Shown here: positions 23,200-37,366 of the stretch, piece by piece | How the letters are laid out: every line of letters starts with the position of its first letter | How positions within the stretch are numbered: the stretch's first letter is position 1 | Origin: Eledone cirrhosa | Lineage: Eukaryota | DNA length: 64,000 bases | Assembly (NCBI GenBank): GCA_964016885.1 | Contig: CAXHJY010000271.1 | Coordinates: forward strand, 22,001 to 86,000 | Direction of reading: 5' to 3' | Made by a program: the position numbers and the translations under genes | The notes under the pieces: generated by a model | What the model was told of the DNA's origin: nothing | Databases searched by the model: none | The model's input: only the letters and a program-made list of their open reading frames with translations

Positions 23200-23717
23200 T
23201 ATATATATACACATATATATATACACACATATATATCAGTGTACATATATATATACATATATATATATATATAAATGAATATTTATTCAATTTAAAGCGC
23301 CAATTATCTATATATAACAAGATATGAATTTTTCTAGGGATGGGGAAATTTTCAGTTTGTTTTTATATTTTCACTTCATTTTTTACTTTCTATTTAATAC
23401 AGTCTTTGATCCAATATAATCCTGACAGTATTTGAACCAGTTTACCTCATATATATGTATGCACACACAACACTCAAGTTTCGCCATCTACTGCTATTTC
23501 ATTCATATTTATTGTTTAATTAACTCTGGTCTAATTCATCAACTATTGTTAATTATATTATTACGTAGATTTCTTATAAAATCTAGTGCATATATACGTG
23601 TATATATACAGGGAGACACTGTAATAGATGTAAAGAGAGTGGGAGATAGAGTTATAGAAGTAAAGAGAGGGGGAGAACTAAGCGGTAGATAGAGTAATAG
23701 ATGTAAAGAGAGGGTTA

Positions 23718-23894
23718 GAACGTTCAACTTGACAGTCAGTACAATGTTCAGCATGGTAGCCAGTACATATGCCAACTACCCAACCGGCCAGCCAGCCGCA
23801 TATGCGGTTGACTGGCCAGTTGGGCGGTTGGTATGTGGAACGTTCAACTACGCAGTCAGTACCAAAGTTCAACATTGTAGCCAGTGCATATGCC
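23718..23894. repeat. Palindrome + 21-bp repeat module (4-repeat form)
   Basis: Extra 24 bp AATGTTCAGCATGGTAGCCAGTAC; perfect dyad centre CCGCATATGCGG. Confidence 0.9.
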
Positions 23895-23940
23895 GATCGC
23901 CGCGACCTCTTTGCTCTATTTAAATGACCTGGAACTAAGT

Positions 23941-24053
23941 AAAAAGAGTAGGAGATAACTCGACAAGAGCGGAGAGGGTGAGATTCGAACCATGTAAAGT
24001 CGTTGGCTCCTGAACTTCGTAAGCGGGGCTGCTACTGACTGAGCAACGCCGGC
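23941..24053 (-). ncRNA. tRNA-like Pol III element, allele I
   Basis: Copy of 1425-1537. Confidence 0.55.
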
Positions 24054-24808
24054 AGCAAGGCAAATCGCGCATAAAATAACGCTTATATCGAGAAAATAAA
24101 ACAAAAATTTCAATGTTGCACTTTTGTTTGTTGTTCTTTTATTTTACGTAAACATTTCGCTGCTCTAGCCTCTTATTTCCTATTAGATTACACTTAATTC
24201 CATTAAACATTCATTCTTAGTCTCGTGGTAAACTATTTCATCTATATTTATATCGCTGTTACAGCCTTTTATTTCTACATCTATCACCTATAGCCACTGT
24301 TACGCCGGTAGTATAAGTAGCTTTATAACAAGAAACGATGATATAACTCCACAAAATGTCTTCTTGAGCAAGACACTTCACCTCATATTGCTCCAGTACA
24401 CCGAGTTACACATAGACAGATACATACATACACATATATATGTACACAGATAGAAATAAGAGGGAGATAGAGTAAAAGATTTAAAGAGAGGGTGAGAGTG
24501 TGACACACATTTATCTGTCTATCTCTCTCTATTTTAACACCGGTCGTTATAATTAGTTTTATAACACCGCTATATTACCGACATGAAAGAGGTAAATAAT
24601 TATTTCTTAAATGTTTAGAACATGTTTCTCTTGTCTTCTTAAATGTATAGAACATGTTTCTTATTTATATTCTTAACATAGCTAGGACCTTATCTCATTT
24701 ACTGGTCTCTACTTTTAGGGCTTTGCTGGTCCCATGTGCCCTCCATGAAGACACACTCGCCCCTTCTCTCTCAGTCTCCGTACTAATTACTACACATACG
24801 TATATATA

Positions 24809-26961
24809 TTTATTTTAAGAAACCTTAATGACAAATAATATAAAGTGTTTGTAAAGTGGGGAAGAGTAGTTTTACGGTGGGGTTGTTATATAGATATCGT
24901 TTTTGCAGTGGGGTCGTGACTGGCGTATAATAATGAGTCACTGTTGATGTATATACAAATCATGTTTTGGATATAAGTGAAGTTATTTAAGAGATTTAGT
25001 TGTTTTGTATACATTCATAACGGTACGCGATGGGACCCATCCACAGCCCCGGCGGACAGAATTGAGAAGGCGTTTCCCCGGAGCACGGCAAGGGAGACGC
25101 GCTGGAAAAGCCACTCCAACTCGCGGGGCTCACACCTGCGGCTGGCCAGCTCAGCGCCTATGGTGGTGAGTAAGGAGGTAGCCCTGGGGCCGAGGACACC
25201 AGAAGTCTCCACTTCCAGGGGTACGACCGCAAACCTGTCGGAGAGTGAACGATATGTGAGGAGTTTGGCCCCCTCAGCCTGACGTGCAGCAGAACCTGGG
25301 CCAGTCGCAGACTGCACCAGGTTGCGGCTGCAGAAAGTGTCGGTGCAAGTGGCATCCCAGACGAGGGGTTTGCCACCACGGAACGGGAAGATGGTCATGC
25401 CATCTAGCCTTTTGCCGTCCCCTCGAGCTGGGAAGGGAAGCCTGCAGCGTCCAAGCCATGCTTAATGACTTCGTTGAGGGCAGCATGGCGTGGATTGCAG
25501 GTGGAGTCCGAAAGAGTCCATGGTGGAACGGCAGCGACATTGGTGTGAGGCCGAGCCTCAGGGAAACGCCGATGCGCAAGATATTGTTGTCTAGCTGCGT
25601 GCGAGTGGAGAAGGAGGGCAGGGCATGGAGCCAGGCCCCACTGTGGGGTTTGGAGGCTGCACGAAAACAAACAAGGCGGTGCTGGTCGAGCTGGCACGTG
25701 AGCCTGTCTGAGGCCAGGCTGCACTGGATGGCATCCCAAGTGTGTTGGGGGGGACTTGACGTCAACAGGGGGAGAAGGAGGAGGAACGTCTACTGGGCTA
25801 AGTCCCAGCCGGTCCCACGTCTCACAGGCGGCCACGCGTTCTCTGAACACAGAGGGTTCTGCTGAAGAGGACGTGGTACGAGGTTACCGACGAAAGATAT
25901 GCCGGCAAAGCTAGTGAGATCGGGGACTGGAGGCGAAGGCCGCCATACCTGACAGGTAAAGTTGCATATCTCATCGGCTGCTGCTCGGATACAAGTTTAG
26001 GTGTAGCACAGAGTGTATAGAGGAGCTTCGGCATGGCGTAGCAGTTCCTCAGCAGAAAGAGAACTGGGTGGCCATCAATCAAGCCCAGTCGGCTCGTGAG
26101 AGTCTGGACTTGATGGAGGAGCGGGTGGATCGGTGAGGGCATCCTCTTTGGGGGGTCACCTGAACCTGGCGGAGAATGGACCGCACGTCCAAGACGGAGA
26201 CTGCAAAGCTTGCAGCATCGAGGCTGACATTCACCACCTCCGACTTGGCTGAGTTGACCTGGAGGTCGATTCCCGCCAGGGCAGGAACCACCGATTGAAG
26301 GTCATGGCAGAACGCCTGTACGGGCCCACCCAAAGTAGCATCATCCAGATACCAAACGTTGAGAGGGGCCGTTATACTCCAGGCGATGTGGTCAATACCA
26401 AGGGTGAACAGGAGGGGTCCCAAAGGGTTGCCCTGTTGGATCCCAGTAGCCAAGGGTATGACCGTATCAGCAGCATGGCGCATGCTTGGGGCTCCATATG
26501 ACAGGTAGGCAGAGGGGGCTCGGCTGAGGCAGGCCTCGAGCAGATGATCCCAGCGTAAAGAGTTGAAGGCATTCCTCATGTCAAACTTGACAATGAGGTG
26601 GCTGGAGGCCCTGGATGCCGGTTCCGAGTGTTACGGACTTGCAGATTACCTTGGCAGCCAGCCTCCGGAAGACATTGCCCACAGCAATGGGGCGTATGCC
26701 ATCCTCTTTCTTCCTGAGAGCGGTGAGGCTGGCCGAAAAAAAGAGGCCTCGAGCATAAGAGTCCAGGGCGCCATGGATGAGCCTATTGGTGAGCGCCACA
26801 ATTGCACTCAGAAGGCGGCGCCCGGCCTCAGCGGAGAGGGGAGATATCAACTCCTTGAGGAGGCCTGGTCAGAGACCATCAACATCTCCGCAGCTGCTAG
26901 CTGGGAAGGACCTGATGGCGGACATGATGTCTGCATCAGAAGCCACAAGGAGCAAGTGTGG
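24809..26961 (-). mobile_element. CRE-like RLE non-LTR element, deletion allele
   Basis: Near copy with several short deletions; RPDG changed to RLDG. Confidence 0.9.
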
Positions 26962-28441
26962 ATTACAATACAAAACCTCTGAGAATGATTTCTAAGATAT
27001 TTCACCATAATTAATTTTCATCAATATATATTAATATTATTATTGTTTATTAGGTCAGGTGGATTGGCCAGAACAATTCTACTCTTCTTTTTTAGATGTC
27101 ACGATTTTTCATGGCATTCCTGAGATCATTAATCTCCAGCTGGAGATCCAGAGACATCTGATGTATGTAGGTGAACCTCAGTCATCCCACTTGGCTCTTA
27201 CTATGTTTAGGTATCCACCACAGGAGCCAGCTCATCAGGTCATCCTACCCTCAGCAGCAATGTCCAGCATCTATTGATTTCCGCTCCCTAGTTATTGTGG
27301 TAATCTTCGATATCTGGGAATATATTTCTTCTGCTTAAGGGAGTAATAAATATATAGTTTTAAAAAAAACATATATATACACACACATATATATATGTTG
27401 TCATTTATAAGAGTTCTCTATCAAAAGCCTTCTCTATGTCCAAAGCTAAGTATAGTGGCTTATTTTTCTCTAAGAACCTCTTTTGTAGTTGTCTCACTAA
27501 GAAGAGGGCATCTGTTGCACTTTTCAGCGGCACAAAACCAAACTGCATCTCATACACATACATACATATACATACATACATACATACATATACACATACA
27601 TACATACATCATCATCATCATCATCATCATCATTTCGTTTTAAGTCCGCTTTTTCCCTGCTTGTAAGGGTGGGACGGGAACTGATTCTGGCTTGATTTCT
27701 ACAGCTGGATGCCCTTCCTAACACCAACCTCATTTACAGTGAGTGCTGAGTGCTTTTTTGCCGTGGCACCTCCACGACCACTTTGCAGTGGAATGATATG
27801 GACCCCAGTCCCTATCATCTCATTTCTACAGCTGAGTAAACTGGAGCAATGTGAAATAAAGTGTCTTGCTCAAGGAAACAACACATCACCCGGTCTGAGA
27901 ATTGAACTCACAACCTTTCGATTGCCAGGCCAATGCTCGAACCACTAAGCCATGTGCCTCCATATACATATACATATACATATACATACACATACATATA
28001 TATATACATACATACATATATACACATACATACATACACATACATACACATATACATACATATACATACATAGATATATATATATACATAATATAAATAT
28101 ACATACATACACATACATAAGCATATACACATAAGTATATATACATATACACACGTATATATACATATACATACATACATATATACACATACATACATAT
28201 ATACATACATACACACATATATACATATACACATACATACATATACATACATATACACATACATACATATATATATACATACACACACATATATACATAC
28301 ACACACATATATACAAACACATACATATACACATATATACACATACATACACATACATATACATACATATACACATATACACTCATATATACATATACAT
28401 ACATACACACACATACATACATATATACATATACATACATA

Positions 28442-28994
28442 AAGACAAATCCACCTCATGGACGAGAATGCAAGGGCTCCTCCTCTTTGTTTCGGCCGCG
28501 GATGGCTAACCCTAACCCCATCCCCGCTCCCCACCGCTCCCAACCTCCAAACGCAATCCAAAACTTCAGAGTTGGTACCATTAATGTAGGCACCTTATAG
28601 GGTGGCTCTAACGAGGTTGTAGAAATGCTTGAACGTAAGGAGGTCGATGTTTGTTGTATTCAAGAGACCAGGTGGAGGGGTGGGTCTGCTAGATTCATCG
28701 TGGGTAAAGAACGATGCTATAAGCTTTTCTGTGTGGCAAATGACAATGGGCTGGGTATACACATACCACCCCACCACCCCACCGCAAAGTGGTCGTGGAG
28801 GCGCCGCGGCCAAAAAGCACCCAGCCCACACTGTAAAGCTGACGTGGAGGTGCCACGGAAAAAAAAAAGCACCCAGCACTCACTGCAAACGGGGTTGGCG
28901 TCAGGAAGGGCACCCAGCTGTAGAAACCAATCCAGAATCAGCTCCCACCCCACCCTTGCAAGCATGGAAAAGCGGACGTATGATGAAGTTGATA
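28442..28994 (+). mobile_element. Bipartite non-autonomous RTE (copy b)
   Basis: Near copy of 6003-6555. Confidence 0.85.
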
Positions 28995-29540
28995 TTGATA
29001 TATATATATATATATATATTAGTATATATATACACATATATATATACACACATATATATCAGTGTACATATATATATACATATATATATATATATAAATG
29101 AATATTTATTCAATTTAAAGCGCCAATTATCTATATATAACAAGATATGAATTTTTCTAGGGATGGGGAAATTTTCAGTTTGTTTTTATATTTTCACTTC
29201 ATTTTTTACTTTCTATTTAATACAGTCTTTGATCCAATATAATCCTGACAGTATTTGAACCAGTTTACCTCATATATATGTATGCACACACAACACTCAA
29301 GTTTCGCCATCTACTGCTATTTCATTCATATTTATTGTTTAATTAACTCTGGTCTAATTCATCAACTATTGTTAATTATATTATTACGTAGATTTCTTAT
29401 AAAATCTAGTGCATATATACGTGTATATATACAGGGAGACACTGTAATAGATGTAAAGAGAGTGGGAGATAGAGTTATAGAAGTAAAGAGAGGGGGAGAA
29501 CTAAGCGGTAGATAGAGTAATAGATGTAAAGAGAGGGTTA

Positions 29541-29717
29541 GAACGTTCAACTTGACAGTCAGTACAATGTTCAGCATGGTAGCCAGTACATATGCCAACT
29601 ACCCAACCGGCCAGCCAGCCGCATATGCGGTTGACTGGCCAGTTGGGCGGTTGGTATCTGGAACGTTCAACTACGCAGTCAGTACCAAAGTTCAACATTG
29701 TAGCCAGTGCATATGCC
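29541..29717. repeat. Palindrome + 21-bp repeat module (4-repeat form)
   Basis: Near copy of 23718-23894. Confidence 0.9.
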
Positions 29718-29763
29718 GATCGCCGCGCCCTCTTTGCTCTATTTTAATGACCTGGAACTAAGT

Positions 29764-29876
29764 AAAAAGAGTAGGAGATAACTCGACAAGAGCGGAGAGG
29801 GTGAGATTCGAACCATGTAAAGTCGTTGGCTCCTGAAGTTCGTAAGCGGAGCTGCTACTGACTGAGCAGCGCCGGC
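29764..29876 (-). ncRNA. tRNA-like Pol III element, allele II
   Basis: Three substitutions versus allele I; B box and T5 unchanged. Confidence 0.55.
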
Positions 29877-30665
29877 AGCAAGGCAAATCGCGCATAAAAT
29901 AACGCTTATATCGACAAAAAAAAAAAAAAAATTTCAATGTTGCACTCTTGTTTGTTGTTCTTTTATTTTACGTAAACATTTCGCTGCTCTAGCCTCTTAT
30001 TTCCTATTAGATTACACTTAATTCCATTAAACATTCATTCTTAGTCTCGTGGTAAACTATTTCATCTATATTTATATCGCTGTTACAGCCTTTTATTTCT
30101 ACATCTATCACCTATAGCCACTGTTACGCCGGTAGTATAAGTAGCTTTATAACAAGAAACGATGATATAACTCCACAAAATGTCTTCTTCAGCAAGACAC
30201 TTCACTTCATATTGCTCCAGTACACCGAGTTACACATAGACAGATACATACATACATACACAGATAGAAATGAGAGGTAGATAGAGTAAAAGATTTAAAG
30301 AGAGTGTGAGAAGTACGAGTTAGATAGTGTAAAAGATTTAAAGAGGGGGTGAGAGTGTGACACACATTTATCTGTCTATCTCTCTCTATTTTAACACCGG
30401 TCGTTATAATTAGTTTTATAACACCGCTATATTACCGACATGAAAGAGGTAAATAATTATTTCTTAAATGTTTAGAACATGTTTCTCTTGTCTTCTTAAA
30501 TGTATAGAACATGTTTCTTATTTATATTCTTAACATAGCTAGGACCTTATCTCATTTACTGGTCTCTACTTTTAGGGCTTTGCTGGTCCCATGTGCCCTC
30601 CATGAAGACACACTCGCCCCTTCTCTCTCAGTCTCCGTACTAATTACTACACATACGTATATATA

Positions 30666-32849
30666 TTTATTTTAAGAAACCTTAATGACAAATAATATAA
30701 AGTGTTTGTAAAGTGGGGAAGAGTAGTTTTACGGTGGGGTTGTTATATAGATATCGTTTTTGCAGTGGGGTCGTGACTGGCGTATAATAATGAGTCACTG
30801 TTGATGTATATACAAATCATGTTTTGGATATAAGTGAAGTTATTTAAGAGATTTAGTTGTTTTGTATACATTCATAACGGTACGCGATGGGACCCACCCA
30901 CAGCCCCGGCGGACAGAATAGAGAAGGCGTTTCCCCGGAGCACGGCAAGGGAGACGCGCTGGAAAAGCCACTCCAACTCGCGGGGCTCACACCTGCGGCT
31001 GGCCAGCTCAGCGCCTATGGTGGTGAGTAAGGAGGTAGCCCTGGGGCCGAGGACACCAGAAGTCTCCACTTCCAGGGGTACGACCGCAAACCTGTCGGAG
31101 AGTGAACGATATGTGAGGAGTTTGGCCCCCTCAGCCTGACGTGCAGCAGAACCTGGGCCAGTCGCAGACTGCACCAGGTTGCGGCTGCAGAAAGTGTCGG
31201 TGCAAGTGGCATCCCAGACGAGGGGTTTGCCACCGCGGAACGGGAAGATGGTCATGCCATCTAGCCTTTTGCCGTCCCCTCGAGCTGGGAAGGGAAGCCT
31301 GCAGCGTCCAAGCCATGCTTAATGACTTCGTTGAGGGCAGCATGGCGTGGATTGCAGGTGGAGGCCGAAAGAGTCCATGGTGGAACGGCAGCGACATTGG
31401 TGTGAGGCCGAGCCTCAGGGAAACGCCGATGCGCAAGCTATTGTTGTCTAGCTGCGTGCGAGTGGAGAAGGAGGGCAGGGCATGGAGCCAGGCCCCACTG
31501 TGGGGTTTGGAGGCTGCACGAAAACAAACAAGGCGGTGCTGGTCGAGCTGGCACGTGAGCCTGTCTGAGGCCAGGCTGCACTGGATGGCATCCCAAGTGT
31601 GTTGGGGGGGACTTGACGTCAACAGGGGGAGAAGGAGGAGGAACGTCTACTGGGCTAAGTCCCAGCCGGTCCCACGTCTCACAGGCGGCCACGCGTTCTC
31701 TGAACACAGAGGGTTCTGTTGTGTTTTGAAGAACCCTGCTGAAGAGGACGTGGTACGAGGTTACCGACGAAAGATATGCCGGCAAAGCTAGTGAGATCGG
31801 GGACTGGAGGCGAAGGCCGCCATACCTGACAGGTAAAGTTGCATATCTCATCGGCTGCTGCTCGGATACAAGTTTAGGTGTAGCACAGAGTGTATAGAGG
31901 AGCTTCGGCATGGCGTAGCAGTTCCTCAGCAGAAAGAGAACTGGGTGGCCATCAATCAAGCCCAGTCGGCTCGTGAGAGTCTGGACTTGATGGAGGAGCG
32001 GATGGCCGGCGGGTGGATCGGTGAGGGCATCCTCTTTGGGGGGTCACCTGAACCTGGCGGAGAATGGACCGCACGTCCAAGACGGAGACTGCAAAGCTTG
32101 CAGCATCGAGGCTGACATTCACCACCTCCGACTTGGCTGAGTTGACCTGGAGGTCGATTCCCGCCAGGGCAGGAACCACCGATTGAAGGTCATGGCAGAA
32201 CGCCTGTACGGGCCCACCCAAAGTAGCATCATCCAGATACCAAACGTTGAGAGGGGCCGTTATACTCCAGGCGATGTGGTCAATACCAAGGGTGAACAGG
32301 AGGGGTCCCAAAGGGTTGCCCTGTTGGATCCCAGTAGCCAAGGGTATGACCGTATCAGCAGCATGGCGCATGCTTGGGGCTCCATATGACAGGTAGGCAG
32401 AGGGGGCTCGGCTGAGGCAGGCCTCGAGCAGATGATCCCAGCGTAAAGAGTTGAAGGCATTCCTCATGTCAAACTTGACAATGAGGTGGCTGGAGGCCCT
32501 GGATGCCGGTTCCGAGTGTTACGGACTTGCAGATTACCTTGGCAGCCAGCCTCCGGAAGACATTGCCCACAGCAATGGGGCGCATGCCATCCTCTTTCTT
32601 CCTGAGAGCGGTGAGGCTGGCCGAAAAAAAGAGGCCTCGAGCATAAGAGTCCAGGGCGCCATGGATGAGCCTATTGGTGAGCGCCACAATTGCACTCAGA
32701 AAGCGGCGCCCGGCCTCAGCGGAGAGGGGAGATATCAACTCCTTGAGGAGGCCTGGTCAGAGACCATCAACATCTCCGCAGCTGCTAGCTGGGAAGGACC
32801 TGATGGCGGACATGATGTCTGCATCAGAAGCCACAAGGAGCAAGTGTGG
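30666..32849 (-). mobile_element. CRE-like RLE non-LTR element, defective
   Basis: Near copy with two 26-bp deletions. Confidence 0.9.
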
Positions 32850-34323
32850 ATTACAATACAAAACCTCTGAGAATGATTTCTAAGATATTTCACCATAATT
32901 AATTTTCATCAATATATATTAATATTATTATTGTTTATTAGGTCAGGTGGATTGGCCAGAACAATTCTACTCTTCTTTTTTAGATGTCACGATTTTTCAT
33001 GGCATTCCTGAGATCATTAATCTCCAGCTGGAGATCCAGAGACATCTGATGTATGTAGGTGAACCTCAGTCATCCCACTTGGCTCTTACTATGTTTAGGT
33101 ATCCACCACAGGAGCCAGCTCATCAGGTCATCCTACCCTCAGCAGCAATGTCCAGCATCTATTGATTTCCGCTCCCTAGTTATTGTGGTAATCTTCGATA
33201 TCTGGGAATATATTTCTTCTGCTTAAGGGAGTAATAAATATATAGTTTTAAAAAAAACATATATATACACACACATATATATATGTTGTCATTTATAAGA
33301 GTTCTCTATCAAAAGCCTTCTCTATGTCCAAAGCTAAGTATAGTGGCTTATTTTTCTCTAAGAACCTCTTTTGTAGTTGTCTCACTAAGAAGAGGGCATC
33401 TGTTGCACTTTTCAGCAGCACAAAACCAAACTGCATCTCATACACATACATACATATACATACATACATACATACATATACACATACATACATACATCAT
33501 CATCATCATCATCATCATCATTTCGTTTTAAGTCCGCTTTTTCCCTGCTTGCAAGGGTGGGACGGGAACTGATTCTGGCTTGATTTCTACAGCTGGATGC
33601 CCTTCCTAACACCAACCTCATTTACAGTGAGTGCTGAGTGCTTTTTTGCCGTGGCACCTCCACGACCACTTTGCAGTGGAATGATATGGACCCCAGTCCC
33701 TATCATCTCATTTCTACAGCTGAGTAAACTGGAGCAATGTGAAATAAAGTGTCTTGCTCAAGGAAACAACAGATCACCCGGTCTGAGAATTGAACTCACA
33801 ACCTTTCGATTGCCAGGCCAATGCTCGAACCACTAAGCCATGTGCCTCCATATACATATACATATACATATACATACACATACATATATATATACATACA
33901 TACATATATACACATACATACATACACATACATACACATATACATACATATACATACATAGATATATATATATACATAATATAAATATACATACATACAC
34001 ATACATAAGCATATACACATAAGTATATATACATATACACACGTATATATACATATACATACATACATATATACACATACATACATATATACATACATAC
34101 ACACATATATACATATACACATACATACATATACATACATATACACATACATACATATATATATATATACATACACACACATATATACATACACACACAT
34201 ATATACAAACACATACATATACACATATATACACATACATACACATACATATACACATATACACTCATATATACATATACATACATACACACACATACAT
34301 ACATATATACATATACATACATA

Positions 34324-34876
34324 AAGACAAATCCACCTCATGGACGAGAATGCAAGGGCTCCTCCTCTTTGTTTCGGCCGCGGATGGCTAACCCTAACCC
34401 CTTCCCCGCTCCCCACCGCTCCCAACCTCCAAACGCAATCCAAAACTTCAGAGTTGGTACCATTAATGTAGGCACCTTATAGGGTGGCTCTAACGAGGTT
34501 GTAGAAATGCTTGAACGTAAGGAGGTCGATGTTTGTTGTATTCAAGAGACCAGGTGGAGGGGTGGGTCTGCTAGATTCATCGTGGGTAAAGAACGATGCT
34601 ATAAGCTTTTCTGTGTGGCAAATGACAATGGGCTGGGTATACACATACCACCCCACCACCCCACCGCAAAGTGGTCGTGGAGGCGCCGCGGCAAAAAAGC
34701 ACCCAGCCCACACTGTAAAGCTGACGTGGAGGTGCCACGGAAAAAAAAAAGCACCCAGCACTCACTGCAAACGGGGTTGGCGTCAGGAAGGGCACCCAGC
34801 TGTAGAAACCAATCCAGAATCAGCTCCCACCCCACCCTTGCAAGCATGGAAAAGCGGACGTATTATGAAGTTGATA
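34324..34876 (+). mobile_element. Bipartite non-autonomous RTE (copy b)
   Basis: Copy of 6003-6555. Confidence 0.85.
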
Positions 34877-34877
34877 T

Positions 34878-34934
<57 letters not shown>

Positions 34935-34977
34935 TATATATATACACATATATATATATACACACATATATATCAGT

Positions 34978-36902
34978 CATCATCATCACCGTTTTACGTC
35001 CGTTCTTCCACGCTAGCATGGGTTAGACGGGTTGTCCTGTTGTGGGCAGTGTCTGGTCGGCTGACCATGCCTTGCTCATACAGGAACTGATCTGGCTTGA
35101 TTTCTACAGCTGGATGCCCTTCCTAACACCAACCTCATTTACAGTGAGTGCTGGGTGCTTTTTCGTGGCGCCTACACGTCCACTTTACAGTGTGGGCTGG
35201 GTGCTTTTTTGCCGTGGCACCTCCACGACCACCTTGCGGTGGGGGGGGGGGCATATTGTTTATATGCTTCAGCATGTACCCATGGGAGGTCGGGTACCCT
35301 GTATTACTGCGTGACGCCAGAAGTCACGGTCGTGTGTCATTGACTTTGAGAGGTGTAGTTGGGTAAGGTCGGCTTTTATCACCTCATCCCAAGTCATCTT
35401 GGGTCTCCCCACTCCGCGGTTTCCATCAACTTCTAGTGCTCTGCACCTTTTTATGCAGCTGTCATCCTTCATACGCATCACATGTCCATACCAGCGTAAC
35501 CGCCTCTCCTGCACGCAGCATTTGATTCCTCTTATGCTCAGTCTCTCTCTCAATTCATTTATGCTTTGTCGTTCACGTATATTACTGTTACACATCCATC
35601 GGAGCATGCAGGCTTCGTTTCTCTCTAATCTACGTAGGTCTTCCACCTTCAGCGCCCAGGTCTCACTACCATGCAACATCGCTGTTCGGATACACGCATC
35701 ATACAGTCTGCCTTTCATTCTGAGGGAGAAGCCTTTTGCAGCTAGCAGTGGTAGTAGTTCCCTAAACTTCTTCCATCCCGTTCTTACCCTAGTTATTGTA
35801 CTTTCTGAGCACCCACCTCCGTTGCTAATTCGGTCACCTAGGTAGCAGAAGCTGTCTACTGTTTCTACAGGGCCCTCCCAGAGATTGGTGGTACTTGTTT
35901 CCTGTGGCTGTTTGCTTGCTGTTTCAGCACAGCTGCTGCATGTGAATCCTACATTCTTAATTAAGCTTCCTGAGATCCCGCTACATCTCTTGTGTACCCA
36001 TTGTTTGCATTTGGGGCAAAGAATGGAGTTCCTACCTACACCTTTCCTACATACTGAGCAAGGCCATTTCCCTGAGGGGATCTGGGTTCTGTTTTCTCGT
36101 CTACTTATAAGGACCTTAGTCTTTGTCATGTTGACTTTGAGGCCCTTTCTCTCTAGTCCCTGCTTCCAGGTTTGGAATTTATTCTCTAGTTCTACCATAG
36201 ATTCAGCTATGAGTGCGAGGTCATCAGCATACAGGAGTTCCCATGGGCATCCGGTCTTAAACTCCTCCGTTATTGCCTGCAGGACTATGATGAACAGGAG
36301 AGGGCTAAGAACAGAGCCCTGGTGGACCCCAACCTGTACGCTAAATTCCTCGCTATACTCATTGCCAATCCTAACTTTGCTGACTGCTCCCCTATACATG
36401 GCTTGTACCGCTTTCACAAGCCATTCATCTACTCCTAGTTTTCTAAGAGCCCACCAGATTACTGCACGTGGAACTCTGTCAAAGGCTTTCTCAAGGTCGA
36501 CAAATGCCAAGTAGAGTGGCTTACTTTTAGCTAGGTACTTTTCCTGTAATTGCCTCACAAGGAAGAGCGCATCAGTGGTGCCTTTCCCTGGTACAAACCC
36601 AAATTGCATCTCGTCTATATTCACCCGGTCCCTAATCAGCTGTGCTATAACTCTTTCTGTTACTTTCATGACCTGGTCCATCAACTTTATACCTCTATAG
36701 TTTCCTCTATCTAGTGCATCGCCTTTACCTTTGTAGCAGTTGACAATGATGCTACTGCACCAATCTTTTGGTATGGCCCCCTCTAGTATTACCTGGTTAA
36801 CGATACGTGTGGTTATAGTGTGACCTACAGACCCAGATGCCTTCAGCATCTCGGCAGCTATACCCGATGGACCGGTTGCCTTCCCTATCTTCATATCTCT
36901 GA
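34978..36902 (-). mobile_element. 5'-truncated RTE-clade LINE
   Basis: Copy of 6657-8582 (G-run one base shorter). Confidence 0.93.
35269..36894 (-). CDS. RTE reverse transcriptase (541 aa)
   Basis: Same protein as 6949-8574. Confidence 0.88.
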   Translation of the reverse strand: MKIGKATGPSGIAAEMLKASGSVGHTITTRIVNQVILEGAIPKDWCSSIIVNCYKGKGDALDRGNYRGIKLMDQVMKVTERVIAQLIRDRVNIDEMQFGFVPGKGTTDALFLVRQLQEKYLAKSKPLYLAFVDLEKAFDRVPRAVIWWALRKLGVDEWLVKAVQAMYRGAVSKVRIGNEYSEEFSVQVGVHQGSVLSPLLFIIVLQAITEEFKTGCPWELLYADDLALIAESMVELENKFQTWKQGLERKGLKVNMTKTKVLISRRENRTQIPSGKWPCSVCRKGVGRNSILCPKCKQWVHKRCSGISGSLIKNVGFTCSSCAETASKQPQETSTTNLWEGPVETVDSFCYLGDRISNGGGCSESTITRVRTGWKKFRELLPLLAAKGFSLRMKGRLYDACIRTAMLHGSETWALKVEDLRRLERNEACMLRWMCNSNIRERQSINELRERLSIRGIKCCVQERRLRWYGHVMRMKDDSCIKRCRALEVDGNRGVGRPKMTWDEVIKADLTQLHLSKSMTHDRDFWRHAVIQGTRPPMGTC

Positions 36903-37024
36903 TTAATTTTCCTTTTACATCTCTTAGAAATAACTGAAAATCTTTGGTGAGAACCCCAATGTCTATTTATCTAATATAATTAATTTAATTTAATTTAATT
37001 TAATTTTTATTTTAGTGAAACCAC

Positions 37025-37366
37025 TGTTGTATTCAAGAGACCAGGTGGAGGGGTGGGTCTGCTAGATTCATCGTGGGTAAAGAACGGTGCTATGAACTTT
37101 TCTGGGTGGGAAATGACAATGGGCTGGGTATACACATACCACCCCACCACCCCACCGTAAAGTGGTCGTGGAGGCGCCACGGCAAAAAAGCACCCAGCCC
37201 GCTCTGTAAAGCTGACGTGGAGGTGCCACGTAAAAAAGAAAAGCACCCAGCACTCACTGCAAACTGGGTTGGCGTCAGGAAGGGCACCCAGCTGTAGAAA
37301 CCAATCCAGAATCAGCTCCCACCCCACCCTTGCAAGCATGGAAAAGCGGACGTATGATGAAGTTGA
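37025..37366 (+). mobile_element. Bipartite non-autonomous RTE (copy a)
   Basis: Copy of 304-645. Confidence 0.8.
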
